A stretch of DNA of 64,000 bases from an uncultured bacterium. GTDB lineage: Bacteria > Zixibacteria > MSB-5A5 > JAABVY01 > JAHJOQ01. The DNA is taken from assembly GCA_965369655.1 (NCBI GenBank), contig CBDUQR010000002.1, positions 44,848 to 108,847 of the forward strand. The letters are read 5' to 3'. The translations under genes and the position numbers were made by a program. Within the stretch, counting starts at the first letter, position 1. Each line of letters begins with the position of its first letter. The notes beneath the pieces are model-generated. The model saw nothing but the letters and a program-made list of their open reading frames with translations, was not told the origin of the DNA and did not search any database. Shown piece after piece: positions 9,629-19,300 of the stretch.

Positions 9629-10678
9629 TTGAAGAAATTCAAACGTAATATCGCGAGGCTGTTACCTCTCTTGTTGTTGTCAGTCCTTATGGCGTCATCC
9701 GCAAGCGCTCAGGTAATTCCGACAGACCAGTGGGTGCATTTCTGGAGCCCGAGTTCGACCTTAAATGGACAGCCGCTGCCGATTGGAGCGATTGTTGACA
9801 CATATGATCCGGACGGCGTACATTGCGGTCGGTTCATCGTCCATACTACCGGTCAGTACGGTTACCTTTCAGTTTACCATGATGATAGTTACACGCCGGG
9901 TGTCGATGAGGGTGCGCTTTCCGGCGATACGATCACAATCATGGTAAATGGCGTACTGGCAGATGTTCTTGGTCCTGACGATCCCGAGTGGACGTTCAAC
10001 TTCGCATTTCTGAACATCGACCTGGGCGTTCTGATCAATCTTGCGCTCGAGTTGACTACTCCACTTGACGACGTGGGAGCGCCAAACGGTTTCGTCGATT
10101 ACACGTACAAGGTGAAGAATACCGGTGAGGGGATCGATTTCTTCAACCTCGAAGCTGTTTCATCCGGTGGATGGACAGTCGAAATTCTCGGCGGCGACGC
10201 CACAGGCTACCTGAATCCGGGGGAGGAGACAGATGTAGTCGTGCGAGTCCATGTACCAGGCACTGCCCAGGATGGCGATACCGATGATCTGACTCTGACC
10301 GCCAGTTCAGCTATGGATGCCACCGTATCTGAGAGCGGTACAGTGACGACCTCGGTGATCGAAAGCGCCGCAGGGGATCCCTATGATCCTCTCATTCCGG
10401 GCGTGTTTCATCTTCGCCAGAACTTCCCGAATCCGTTTAATCCTGTGACGACAATCGAGTTCTCGATCGAAAAGGCGATGGACGTCGAGTTGATCGTTTA
10501 CAACGTTATCGGGCAGGAGGTCAAAACGCTGGCCAACCGTCATCTGGAGATAGGCATGCATCAGTTCGAATGGGATGCCACAGATGAGAGTGGACAGAAA
10601 GTTGCAAGCGGAATCTACTTCTATCGACTTATCACTGATGAGTACGCGAGAACGCGCAAAATGATGCTGATGAAATAA
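9629..10678 (+). CDS. Secreted protein with the same unknown module, an Ig-like domain and an FlgD-Ig/T9SS-like C-terminal domain
   Basis: SD GGAGGT, TTG start, signal peptide ending ASA; QNFPNPFNP...SGIYFYRL...KMMLMK. Confidence 0.85.
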   Translation: MKKFKRNIARLLPLLLLSVLMASSASAQVIPTDQWVHFWSPSSTLNGQPLPIGAIVDTYDPDGVHCGRFIVHTTGQYGYLSVYHDDSYTPGVDEGALSGDTITIMVNGVLADVLGPDDPEWTFNFAFLNIDLGVLINLALELTTPLDDVGAPNGFVDYTYKVKNTGEGIDFFNLEAVSSGGWTVEILGGDATGYLNPGEETDVVVRVHVPGTAQDGDTDDLTLTASSAMDATVSESGTVTTSVIESAAGDPYDPLIPGVFHLRQNFPNPFNPVTTIEFSIEKAMDVELIVYNVIGQEVKTLANRHLEIGMHQFEWDATDESGQKVASGIYFYRLITDEYARTRKMMLMK

Positions 10679-10703
10679 TTCACCCTGTCCTGTTGTTGAG
10701 TCG

Positions 10704-10736
10704 GAGCCCTTCCCATGAGGAGGGGCTCATTTTTTT
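10704..10736 (+). terminator. Rho-independent terminator
   Basis: GAGCCCTTCC-CATGA-GGAGGGGCTC followed by a T7 tract. Confidence 0.8.
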
Positions 10737-11140
10737 CAGGTTGTGTCTTCTCCGCAATCCGGCATCGAGATGAGCATAATTGTCGACAGAAACTTTCGGG
10801 AGTCCGCGAAAAATCTGACCGCACCCGAGCTGACAATCGGATTCAATGATCTCAAGCTCATTGGATTGGGGCGTTCATCATGTCCGAATACTATCGGAGC
10901 CTGTACAGCCTGTATGTCGTTCGGGTTCATTTCTTCCAGTTCAACACGCCAGAGCATTCGCGGCATCGAGCAGTGAACCATACGCTGTCGGATGTTTTCT
11001 TCTGCCGGCGTGTCACTGTCCGAATCGCAGACTGAGTCACTCTGGGCGAGAATGAGTCCGTGATCGGTGGAATTGGGACTCCCCCAATCGGGAGAATCAC
11101 AGCAGTTGTACTTGGCGAATATGTGTTCGTGCATGTCCAT
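10736..11140 (-). CDS. Hypothetical protein, possibly leaderless
   Basis: Fills the gap between a terminator and a divergent gene; TACAAT lies 6 nt before the ATG; no recognisable domain. Confidence 0.4.
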   Translation of the reverse strand: MDMHEHIFAKYNCCDSPDWGSPNSTDHGLILAQSDSVCDSDSDTPAEENIRQRMVHCSMPRMLWRVELEEMNPNDIQAVQAPIVFGHDERPNPMSLRSLNPIVSSGAVRFFADSRKFLSTIMLISMPDCGEDTT

Positions 11141-11364
11141 TTGTTAATTGTACGACAACTGAAGGACAATATCGGGCGGCTCTCTGTTGTCGTCAATATA
11201 GAACCGGTGTCATCAATCTCGAATCATTCAAGACGTTTTTTGGATTGACAGGGATGCCCGCAGGTCCTTTTATGGGGGTAGTTAGGCACGGGTCTGATGA
11301 CGGGATGCTGTATCTCTTATTGTTGGCAATCCCGTATCAGCCGGAATACCCGAGGAGTGCATGA

Positions 11365-11769
11365 ATGGATGAAGCTGCAACGCAGCAACAGGACATGGTC
11401 GTATCGCCGTTTGCGACCGAGTTTGAGTTTGAACTTCCCAAGGGATACATCGACGACTATGGAAACGTGCATCGAGTCGGCAGAATGAGACTTGCGAACG
11501 CGAAGGACGAGATAGCGCCGCTTTCTGATCCTTTAGTGAGGGAGAACAAAGCGTATCTGGTGATATTGATTCTGTCGAGAGTGATAACGAGTCTTGGTAA
11601 AATCGAAATCGTCACGCCTGAGACAGTCGAACGATTGTTCTCGGCTGACATTTCATACCTTCAGGACTTTTATCAGAAGATCAATACCGATGGCGATGCG
11701 GTTGTCCCGGCGAAATGTCCGTCGTGCGGGCATGCGTTTGAGGTGGAGTATAAATGCCTGGGAAAATGA
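11365..11769 (+). CDS. Phage/eCIS tail assembly chaperone (Mu gp41-like, gpG analogue) with C-terminal CxxC
   Basis: TEFEFELPKGYID...GRMRLANAKDEI.PL.DP.V..N.AYL...LSRVIT.LG...LFSAD..YLQDFY..IN...CPSCG matches my recollection of the chaperone family in contractile injection system loci; SD GAGGAG. Confidence 0.85.
   Translation: MDEAATQQQDMVVSPFATEFEFELPKGYIDDYGNVHRVGRMRLANAKDEIAPLSDPLVRENKAYLVILILSRVITSLGKIEIVTPETVERLFSADISYLQDFYQKINTDGDAVVPAKCPSCGHAFEVEYKCLGK
11760..11766 (+). promoter_or_regulatory. Candidate -1 programmed ribosomal frameshift site G GGA AAA
   Basis: In-phase X XXY YYZ heptamer directly before the stop (CTG GGA AAA TGA); the -1 frame reads GGG AAA ATG ACG into the DUF6760-like ORF. 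Confidence 0.6.
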
Positions 11770-11933
11770 CGGGCTACCCCCGTGAAGAGATATTTCGGGA
11801 GGTGGCCTTTATCGCATATCACTTTCACTGGAGACTCGATGATATAATGGTTCTGGACCACGGGACACGGCACAGGTTCATCGAGGAGATTTCGGGAATA
11901 AACCGTCGTATCAACGAGAACAGGTCGACATGA
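11766..11933 (+). CDS. DUF6760-like small protein (gpT-like chaperone extension; not in ORF track)
   Basis: MTGYPREEIFREVAFIAYHFHWRLDDIMVLDHGTRHRFIEEISGINRRINENRST*; the EVAFIAYHFHW motif is characteristic; ATGA overlap with the upstream gene. Confidence 0.85.
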   Translation: MTGYPREEIFREVAFIAYHFHWRLDDIMVLDHGTRHRFIEEISGINRRINENRST

Positions 11934-12009
11934 AAGCAAGGATGAAACACGATATGGCTGACGGTGCGACCGCGGTCGGCCACAGAGGAGTAACAGAAAA
12001 GGAGAAGAC

Positions 12010-12861
12010 ATGTTGAAGAAGCTGGCTATTCTATTGACGATCAGTCTGCTGATCCTCGGATGTTCGCCATCGGAAGAGACCGACGCCGAAACGACGCAGT
12101 CGGATTCTTACGTCACTATTGCGTACACGATGAAGGTGTCCGGAATACCGATGATGGCTGAGATGACGTTCAATCAGAAGTATCTTACCGATGGCGCGAT
12201 TGGCAGAGTTGAAATGGAATCGATCATTCCTGTCGGAGAGGATACGAAGACCTCGAAGTTCAGCACTATCATCGACGTCGATAACCGCGTCGTGCATTAT
12301 GTCAATGACGTCTCGAAAACGTTTGCGACCGTACCTTTCCCCGACTCGCTCAGCACGCCGCCGATGACCTCACCGGAAATGACGATCAGCGTCGAGCCTA
12401 ACGGGCAGGTGGATACGATTGCGGGTATCGAGTGCGACGGTATCGATCTTGCGCTGGAAATCTCATTCGTCGCTCAGGATCAACCTGTGAAATCGACCAT
12501 GAGCGGGACGCTCTGGACCAGCGAGGATTTCCCCGGCTACGCCTCATATCAGGCGTTCCAGGAGAAGACCAGGAATGCGCTTCCGTCCGGCCAGATGCAG
12601 AGCGGGGGTTTCCTTGATTTCCTGACGAGATTCGGGATGAGCCGTGAGAACCTCGATTCGTTGTATGCTGCCATGAAAGGTTTCCCGTTCTCCGGTGATC
12701 TCGTAATCACATTGAACAAAGGTCTGCCGAATAGCTTTGACCTGAACACTAGGCTCGAAATGATCGAGACAAACACTGATGCGATCGACCGAGCGCTGTT
12801 TTCGGTACCTGAAGAATACACCGAGACAGAAGTCATGCAGATCATGATGCCGTCGAAGTAG
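12010..12861 (+). CDS. Lipoprotein, DUF4412-like
   Basis: Lipobox LILGC; TIAGIECD and LFSVPEEYTE motifs; SD AAGGAG. Confidence 0.75.
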   Translation: MLKKLAILLTISLLILGCSPSEETDAETTQSDSYVTIAYTMKVSGIPMMAEMTFNQKYLTDGAIGRVEMESIIPVGEDTKTSKFSTIIDVDNRVVHYVNDVSKTFATVPFPDSLSTPPMTSPEMTISVEPNGQVDTIAGIECDGIDLALEISFVAQDQPVKSTMSGTLWTSEDFPGYASYQAFQEKTRNALPSGQMQSGGFLDFLTRFGMSRENLDSLYAAMKGFPFSGDLVITLNKGLPNSFDLNTRLEMIETNTDAIDRALFSVPEEYTETEVMQIMMPSK

Positions 12862-12975
12862 TTTCACTCGGCGGCTGTTTGTGTTTTGATAGAAAGGCTG
12901 TGCTTCGCCGCTCCTTCAGGTGAGTGATTTCACAGGCGGCGGTGCATGGCCTTATCTCTATTCGATTAGCGTTAT

Positions 12976-13638
12976 GTGTCGGGGAGGGCCGTTCTTAATC
13001 GCATGGACACATCCTGGATCAAGACCGCAAAGCGTTTGGAGAACGATCTTGCGGAATATCGCAGCCTGAAGATACGGCACGCCGAAGATGACACACTTGC
13101 TGCAATAAAAGCTCAACTCGATCGGCGCTACGCTCAGATGGCGGCGTTTGCTCTGGGGCTGCCTGATGCAGATATTAGTTTCGACTGCGACCTCGAATCG
13201 ATGACCGAGCAATGGGTCGGCGTTGAAGGTCTCCGGTCGGTATTCGGACCCTCAGCCATTTCATCCTCACCGCCGTATATCTCAGCCGAACTGATCGGCT
13301 ATGCCGGGAAACTCACCGATAGAAGTATAGCTACGGGTGTTTCCGACATGCCGGATCCCGTCGATAAGGGCGGACAGGTTACATATACATCCGCTCGAGC
13401 GCCGATGCTCGCTGATCATCTTCTGCAAAAATACGCAAGGAGAACTCTGCCGTCTAATGGCGTGTTTCAGGATGCACAGAGACTCGCAGAGGATTTCGCG
13501 AGTCGCAACAGCGCAGCACATATCCAGACTGTCGAGCGTCGCATTGGTTGCGGGGTCAGGCTGGATGCGGCTCAATCAAAGTATGATCTGGAGGCCCGAG
13601 GTGCAGATTCGCTGCCGAGTTTTTGCCATATCAAGTAG
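12976..13638 (+). CDS. Hypothetical protein (start may be ATG 13003)
   Basis: Longest ORF filling the gap, co-oriented with its neighbours; no recognisable motif. Confidence 0.5.
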   Translation: MSGRAVLNRMDTSWIKTAKRLENDLAEYRSLKIRHAEDDTLAAIKAQLDRRYAQMAAFALGLPDADISFDCDLESMTEQWVGVEGLRSVFGPSAISSSPPYISAELIGYAGKLTDRSIATGVSDMPDPVDKGGQVTYTSARAPMLADHLLQKYARRTLPSNGVFQDAQRLAEDFASRNSAAHIQTVERRIGCGVRLDAAQSKYDLEARGADSLPSFCHIK

Positions 13639-13670
13639 CGCTGTCTCAACAGTTATGCTGATAATCGCGA

Positions 13671-15026
13671 ATGATTAGACTAACTCGCAGAAATACGATT
13701 GTAATCATTATTGTTTGCGCACTGGCTGCCGCTTGTGTGACGTCCTACCTGTTGTTTCTCGTTCCAGCCGATGATCTGGAAATGTCTCTCTCGGAACGGC
13801 TCGGTATCGCTGAGCCATCTGGCGAGTTTCGTCTCTGGGTCAACAGTTTTCCCGAGGGCGCGGAGGTTCTGCTTGATGATTCGCTTGTAGGACAAACTCC
13901 TCTCTCGCTGGTGGAGTTGCCGGCTGGTCAGTACCTGGTATCTCTTCGCAGCGAGCGGTTCCATGCGGTCGATACTATCATTTTGGTTTCTGATGAAGGC
14001 AGCGTTGAACTGCCGCTGTTCGTACTCCAGAGGACAATTCGTCTCGAAAGCATACCATCCGGAGCAGTCGTGATTCTGAATGGCGAGGAGCTGTCCGGTG
14101 TGACACCAATTGAAATTCGCCAGCCATCGAGCGACACGTTCCTTGTTTCATACGCTCACCCTGATCTTGGAGGAATCTGGCTTTCCGCTGTAGACCCGTC
14201 CGACGGATCGGCAATCGTTCCGCTGGGTCAGCGATGGGAGATCGACAACGGTGACCCATTGGTCCTTCACGGTTTGTTCAGCAAAATGTGCACTCTTCGG
14301 ACGGTTCCGACTTTTGCTTATATTTATCTGCAAGAGACCGACAGCCTCCTCGGCCTCACCGGTCAGCCAATTGAATTACCCTGTGGCATGAGGGAATATG
14401 TGCTCACGAAAGATGATTTCAACACCCTGACAATCGAACTCGATGCATGTGCCGAGGGCGCATGGGACAACCTGTTTGAATTGACACACGTTCTCCGTGT
14501 AAGCGCGGTCTCGTTCGAAGCGCCCGACGGCGACGACATTGGTGCGATGATCACCACGCTTCAAAGTGGATCGATTGTGGAGTCCGTCAATGAGCGGACG
14601 CCTGCAGATATTGAACTCAGGGGGGTTGAATACCGACTCTGTCTTCAGGCTGATGGCTTCGTTGATACCTGTGTGGTGATATCTGCAAGCCAGACGTTAA
14701 TCAAGGTGAAAATGAAGAGACGGGGACTTGCTCCAGATCTGTCGGGAGCGGTTCCGGTCTCTGGCGCCGAGCGGGTAGAGTTCCTGGTGCGCGACAAGAG
14801 GAGCAAGTCCGGGCTGCCGGGTGTCGATGTCATTGCGCGATTCAAGAGCGAGAACCGGACTGTACTGTTAGGAGTAACCGACAGCGCCGGTTACCTGGCT
14901 GTCGATCTTACACCCGGTAAGTATGAATTCAGACTCGTCAAGGAAGGATACAAGCAGGTCAGGAAGAAACATACCGTGAAGCGGGGCCAGACCAAATGGT
15001 TTGACATTTTGCTCAAGACGAACTGA
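13671..15026 (+). CDS. Membrane-anchored PEGA-domain protein with a C-terminal carboxypeptidase-regulatory-like domain
   Basis: N-terminal TM helix; VNSFPEGAEVLLD...GQTP, ESIPSGAVVILNG...GVTP; GVTDSAG...PGKYEFRLVKEGY. Confidence 0.85.
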   Translation: MIRLTRRNTIVIIIVCALAAACVTSYLLFLVPADDLEMSLSERLGIAEPSGEFRLWVNSFPEGAEVLLDDSLVGQTPLSLVELPAGQYLVSLRSERFHAVDTIILVSDEGSVELPLFVLQRTIRLESIPSGAVVILNGEELSGVTPIEIRQPSSDTFLVSYAHPDLGGIWLSAVDPSDGSAIVPLGQRWEIDNGDPLVLHGLFSKMCTLRTVPTFAYIYLQETDSLLGLTGQPIELPCGMREYVLTKDDFNTLTIELDACAEGAWDNLFELTHVLRVSAVSFEAPDGDDIGAMITTLQSGSIVESVNERTPADIELRGVEYRLCLQADGFVDTCVVISASQTLIKVKMKRRGLAPDLSGAVPVSGAERVEFLVRDKRSKSGLPGVDVIARFKSENRTVLLGVTDSAGYLAVDLTPGKYEFRLVKEGYKQVRKKHTVKRGQTKWFDILLKTN

Positions 15027-15118
15027 GTCGTCCCCAATTGTTGCACACAGTCGGCAGCGTGCGGCGTGCGTCGATTTTGTTGTTGCTATATCTGCACGAT
15101 CTGTTTTTTAGGTTACTT

Positions 15119-16177
15119 ATGAAAGTTGAGATCATTGGAAAGACCGACGTGGGATTGCAGCGTGATGCGAATGAGGATTCGTTCGGCATTCTCGAATCCA
15201 AACGCCTGGCTGTCGTGTGTGACGGTATGGGCGGTCATGCAGCTGGCGAAGTTGCTTCGCGCTGCGCGGTAGATACATTACTGAGTCTGTACAAAGGCGC
15301 CGAGATTCCGGATGCTGCAGGCGACGCATTCGAATTGTCACCCGAACTGAGCGAGGAGGCTCGATTCCTCGTTTCTTCCGTACGAATCGCGAATACACGC
15401 ACATATCTGATGTCGGAGGCGGACCCGCGACTTGCGGGCATGGGTACGACTATTGTCGCAGCCGTATTCAGCGGCGGATCGATCACGATTAGTCATGTCG
15501 GAGATTCGCGAGCCTACCGGATCAGGAAAAACAGTCTGAGCCAACTGACCGTGGATCACTCGCTCGTGAGTGAGTTGCTGGCGTCAGGACGGATCACTCA
15601 GGAGAAAGCAGGGGAGTATCCTAATCGCAACATTATCACGCGAGCGCTCGGTGTCAGGGAACGAGTCAGGGTTGACGTACGCGAGCAATGTGTCGAGGCT
15701 GGTGATCTCTTTCTTCTATGCAGTGACGGCCTGACGGGAATGGTGAAAGAGACGGAGATTCTTCGCATAATCACTGACAGCGATGGCGACCTCGATACGA
15801 TGGCCGACAGGCTGATTGCCGCCGCCAATGAGGGAGGCGGTGGGGATAACATTACGTGCGTTCTCGCTCGTGTGACCAGTGTCACGGAAAAGGACGTGCA
15901 TGATGTGGAAATGACAACTCTGACGGTGCCGGAGGAGAGGGACTCGGAGCTTGCCGCTCAACGTATTGTGAGTGATGCGCTGGAGTCGATGCCCGAGGGC
16001 ATGGCTGGGAATTCGTCCGGCGCAGATGACGCCGATTCTGCTCCTCCGAAGTCTCGCAGGTTCCCCGGCCTTCTGATAATCTGTCTGGTGGCCGCAGTGG
16101 CGCTGATTCTGCTGGCGTTTGTGGCCGATGTTACCGGTACGCGTGAGGCATTGTCCCGAATGTTCGGTCTCAATTGA
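15119..16177 (+). CDS. PP2C-type Ser/Thr protein phosphatase (Stp1/PrpC-like) with C-terminal TM helix
   Basis: TDVGLQRDANED, VCDGMGGHAAGEVAS, HVGDSRAY, LCSDGL and GGGDNIT motifs. Confidence 0.95.
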   Translation: MKVEIIGKTDVGLQRDANEDSFGILESKRLAVVCDGMGGHAAGEVASRCAVDTLLSLYKGAEIPDAAGDAFELSPELSEEARFLVSSVRIANTRTYLMSEADPRLAGMGTTIVAAVFSGGSITISHVGDSRAYRIRKNSLSQLTVDHSLVSELLASGRITQEKAGEYPNRNIITRALGVRERVRVDVREQCVEAGDLFLLCSDGLTGMVKETEILRIITDSDGDLDTMADRLIAAANEGGGGDNITCVLARVTSVTEKDVHDVEMTTLTVPEERDSELAAQRIVSDALESMPEGMAGNSSGADDADSAPPKSRRFPGLLIICLVAAVALILLAFVADVTGTREALSRMFGLN

Positions 16178-16259
16178 CCCTTAAATCCATCAAGAATGAA
16201 TGCCTGAATTGATCTCCGGATCAGTTTGTCTTCCCAGTATAGAAGTGTCCGGATAAAGC

Positions 16260-16290
16260 AAAAGGAGCGACCCGTTAGGGCCGCTCCTTT
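16260..16290. terminator. Bidirectional terminator between convergent genes
   Basis: AAAAGGAGCGACCCGTTAGGGCCGCTCCTTT; near-identical to 19857-19887. Confidence 0.75.
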
Positions 16291-16340
16291 GATTTACTCA
16301 GCCTGATACAGTCAGTATCAGAGCCGTAGTGGACATGTTA

Positions 16341-19300
16341 TTAGCAGCAGGCAGCCGGATCGGGCGCTGGTCCTCCACCGAAGATGTAGTTGATCAGATA
16401 CACTACATCATCGATGTCGATACCGCCCAAACCGTTGGCATCACCGCAACAGATATGATCCACAGGCTCTGGTCCGCCACCGAAGATATAGTTGATCAGA
16501 TACACCACATCATCGATGTCGACACCACCAGAACCGTTAGCATCGCCCGAAACGCAATCGGACACAGGCTCACAACCCGGACAGTCAATGTTAGCACAGA
16601 TCCAGGTCTTACCCTTATCGATGAGATTTTGCAGATCTGAAAGGCCTGTAAGGCTCGAGGCCTTCACCTTGCAGTATACGACGCACTCCTCTGCTGCAAG
16701 TGTGAGATCCTGAGCGATGACGTACACCGAATTGAGGTCCTCTACTGAATCCGAGGCGAGAAATCCGGTATGTGTAGCCAACAGATTGCCTATTTCGGCA
16801 GGTACATAACCGGAGTTATCATACACCCAGGTGTCGTTTTCGAGGACGATGGCACCAACGATATCACCACAGAAGGATGCGCCGCCATAGTAGTCCTCGT
16901 AAGGCGAACTGCCGGCGGGACCATACTGGTAGACCATCTGTCTGTCTTCATCGACTCCGGACTGGTTGTCACTGCCGTCTTCGCCGTCCGGTATATCCCA
17001 GTCGATACCTTCACCGAGATGGATGGTGATAGCGGCATCGGTGTTGTTGCAGACTTCAACGCGCTCGATCAGTACACAGACATCCGGGTGCTTCGGCACG
17101 TACCACTCAATCACACCGGTGATGGCTGAGTCTGGAGTAGCCCACTCGCCGTGAGCGTAGTCGTAGTTGACATCATCCACAAGTATCAGCGAGTCTAAAG
17201 CGACGAAGCTGACTTTGCTGTTGGAGCCGTCGAACATCGAGAAGAATGTCTGAGAGACGTCGTCAGCATATGTCACGATGATACCCTCGTCGTACATTGG
17301 CGCGAACTCTTCGAGGAACCAGAACATATTGCCGAGATCACTGCGTTGAGCAACACCGGCTCTCGGGACGTTCCAGACGCCGATAGACCAGCAAGCGGTC
17401 GACAGAATTTCGTATTCCGGCGGGAAGTACTTACAGGCGACCAGAAGGTTGACAGGAATGTCGACTTGATCGGAACCTTCAGTACTGGTCAGACTGACAC
17501 TCACGTTACCGATTTCGGCGGTTTCGTTGGCCACCGGGCCAACGTCCACGGTGATAGTGGCTACGGTATTGATACCAGCCGTCACCGTACCGGTACCGCC
17601 GGTGATGCTCATCCAGCTTTCAGTTTCGCTTACAATGTAGCCGATCTCGACGTTACCGGTGTTGACGATAACGACATCAAACGACGTCGTAGTCGGCATC
17701 GTGCAGTCGGTACCGCTCGTGGGAGAGATTATCACAGACTGGTCCTCAGGAGCGACCGAATAGCTGAAAATGGCTTCCGGAGTGAAGCATGGGTACGTGG
17801 CGTAGAGAACCTCGTTCTCGGTTTCTTCTCCCTCATCGTGAACGAACGAGCCAGCGTCATGGTCGCTGACGTAGAAGAGGTGCAGTACACCAGACGAGTA
17901 TTTGGCCATCGATCCGAAGTTCTCGTTGTGGCATGCACCGGCCACACAGCCGTCGGAGTATGTATTGGTCAGGTTGACATAAGTGCCGAGCTTGACCGGG
18001 ACGCCGCTGCCAGCGGTCGTCAGTGTGTCGAATTCGTCCAGGGTGCCGTCGGGACCCCATGTGATGCCGCCATCGCTCGATGCAGTCAGGCAGAATTCGC
18101 CGTTTGCATAACCATTTGCGGAGCAATCACCGTTGTTGTCACCACGGGGCCAGGTTCCAAAACGAGTAAACGAAACGTACATGTTGCCGTCGCATTCGGA
18201 GATGTTGATTCTGGAAATGGCGCCGAGACCACCACCGATACCGCCGCTGCAGAATCCAGTCGGGGAGGTAGCGTCGAGAACGCGCGATATGACGTTGCTG
18301 GACTGATCCCAGTGCCACATATTGCCGCGGAACAGCGGCTGGCAAGGATCATCTTCTCTGAAATCAGGAGTCAGCCAAATGATGTGAAGGTCCCCGTCAG
18401 AGTCGTAGACGGCTGATATTTCCGATTGAGCCTTGTGCACAAAATTGATGGGGTCAAGTGTTCCTCCCTCGGTGTAGTCAGTGATGTTGACTTCCGAACC
18501 CCAGGTGGCGCCGCCGTCAGTCGATTCCATGTAGACTATGTCGTGTTGTACCCACTGGAAGTTATTGAGATCGCCGGCAGGGTTGCCATCGCCATCACAA
18601 CTGTTTCTCGGGTCACCCTGCTCGTAGAAAGGTTTGCACCAGATGAGGGCCACGTCGTCCGATGTCGGAGCGGGATCAGAGCGAACAGTAGCATTGACCG
18701 TATGGGAAGCATCGATGTAGAGGCCGAGCGTGTCGGTAGAGGTACCGGGGCACTCAGCGAGATCACCGTCAATATACCGATAGTAGATGATCGATTGTAT
18801 CGACTCGTCAGGAAGAGCCACCGGCGGCGACTCGGTTGAGACTATGTGCAGTATCTCTTCGCCGGTTGTCAGTTTCTGGAACTCACCTACCGGCCAAATG
18901 TATGCATCACCTTCATTTGTGCCGGACATTTCTCCCTGGCAGTTCGGTGGACCCGGCGCCCAGCGACTCACGTCAGGAAGGGCTTGAGGAAAGTAGCCGG
19001 ACGGTGGCATCATATCTATGCCCGACCTTGTGGAATAGAGCGCCGAACCCGGGCCTGCATGCCAGAATCCGACCGCAACACCGGCGTCGGTGACGTCAAT
19101 AGTGGTATATCCGCCATTGTTGGCAGATGCTGAATTCCCGGTGTGGCCCCACACCCATGCGCTGGGAGTAGTGATTTTGCGAGAGTTGTAATATATTCTC
19201 CGAAAACCGCTATGATCAGTCGGATGGCCTCTCATCCAGAGAAAGTGAACATATTCCAAACCGCTACCCTGGAAGTTCGGCGTGTAAGCGATCTGCCTCC

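Noticed and set aside
11288-11352. c-di-GMP-I riboswitch
   Set aside because: ACGGGTCTGA...TATCAGCCGG resembles its 3' stem, but the GGCAAA/GAAA-tetraloop/GACGCAAA half is missing; kept only as an unassigned hairpin
11365-16177. Prophage or complete T6SS/eCIS locus including the PP2C and PEGA genes
   Set aside because: No structural, terminase, integrase or kinase genes; PP2C and PEGA proteins are common outside such systems
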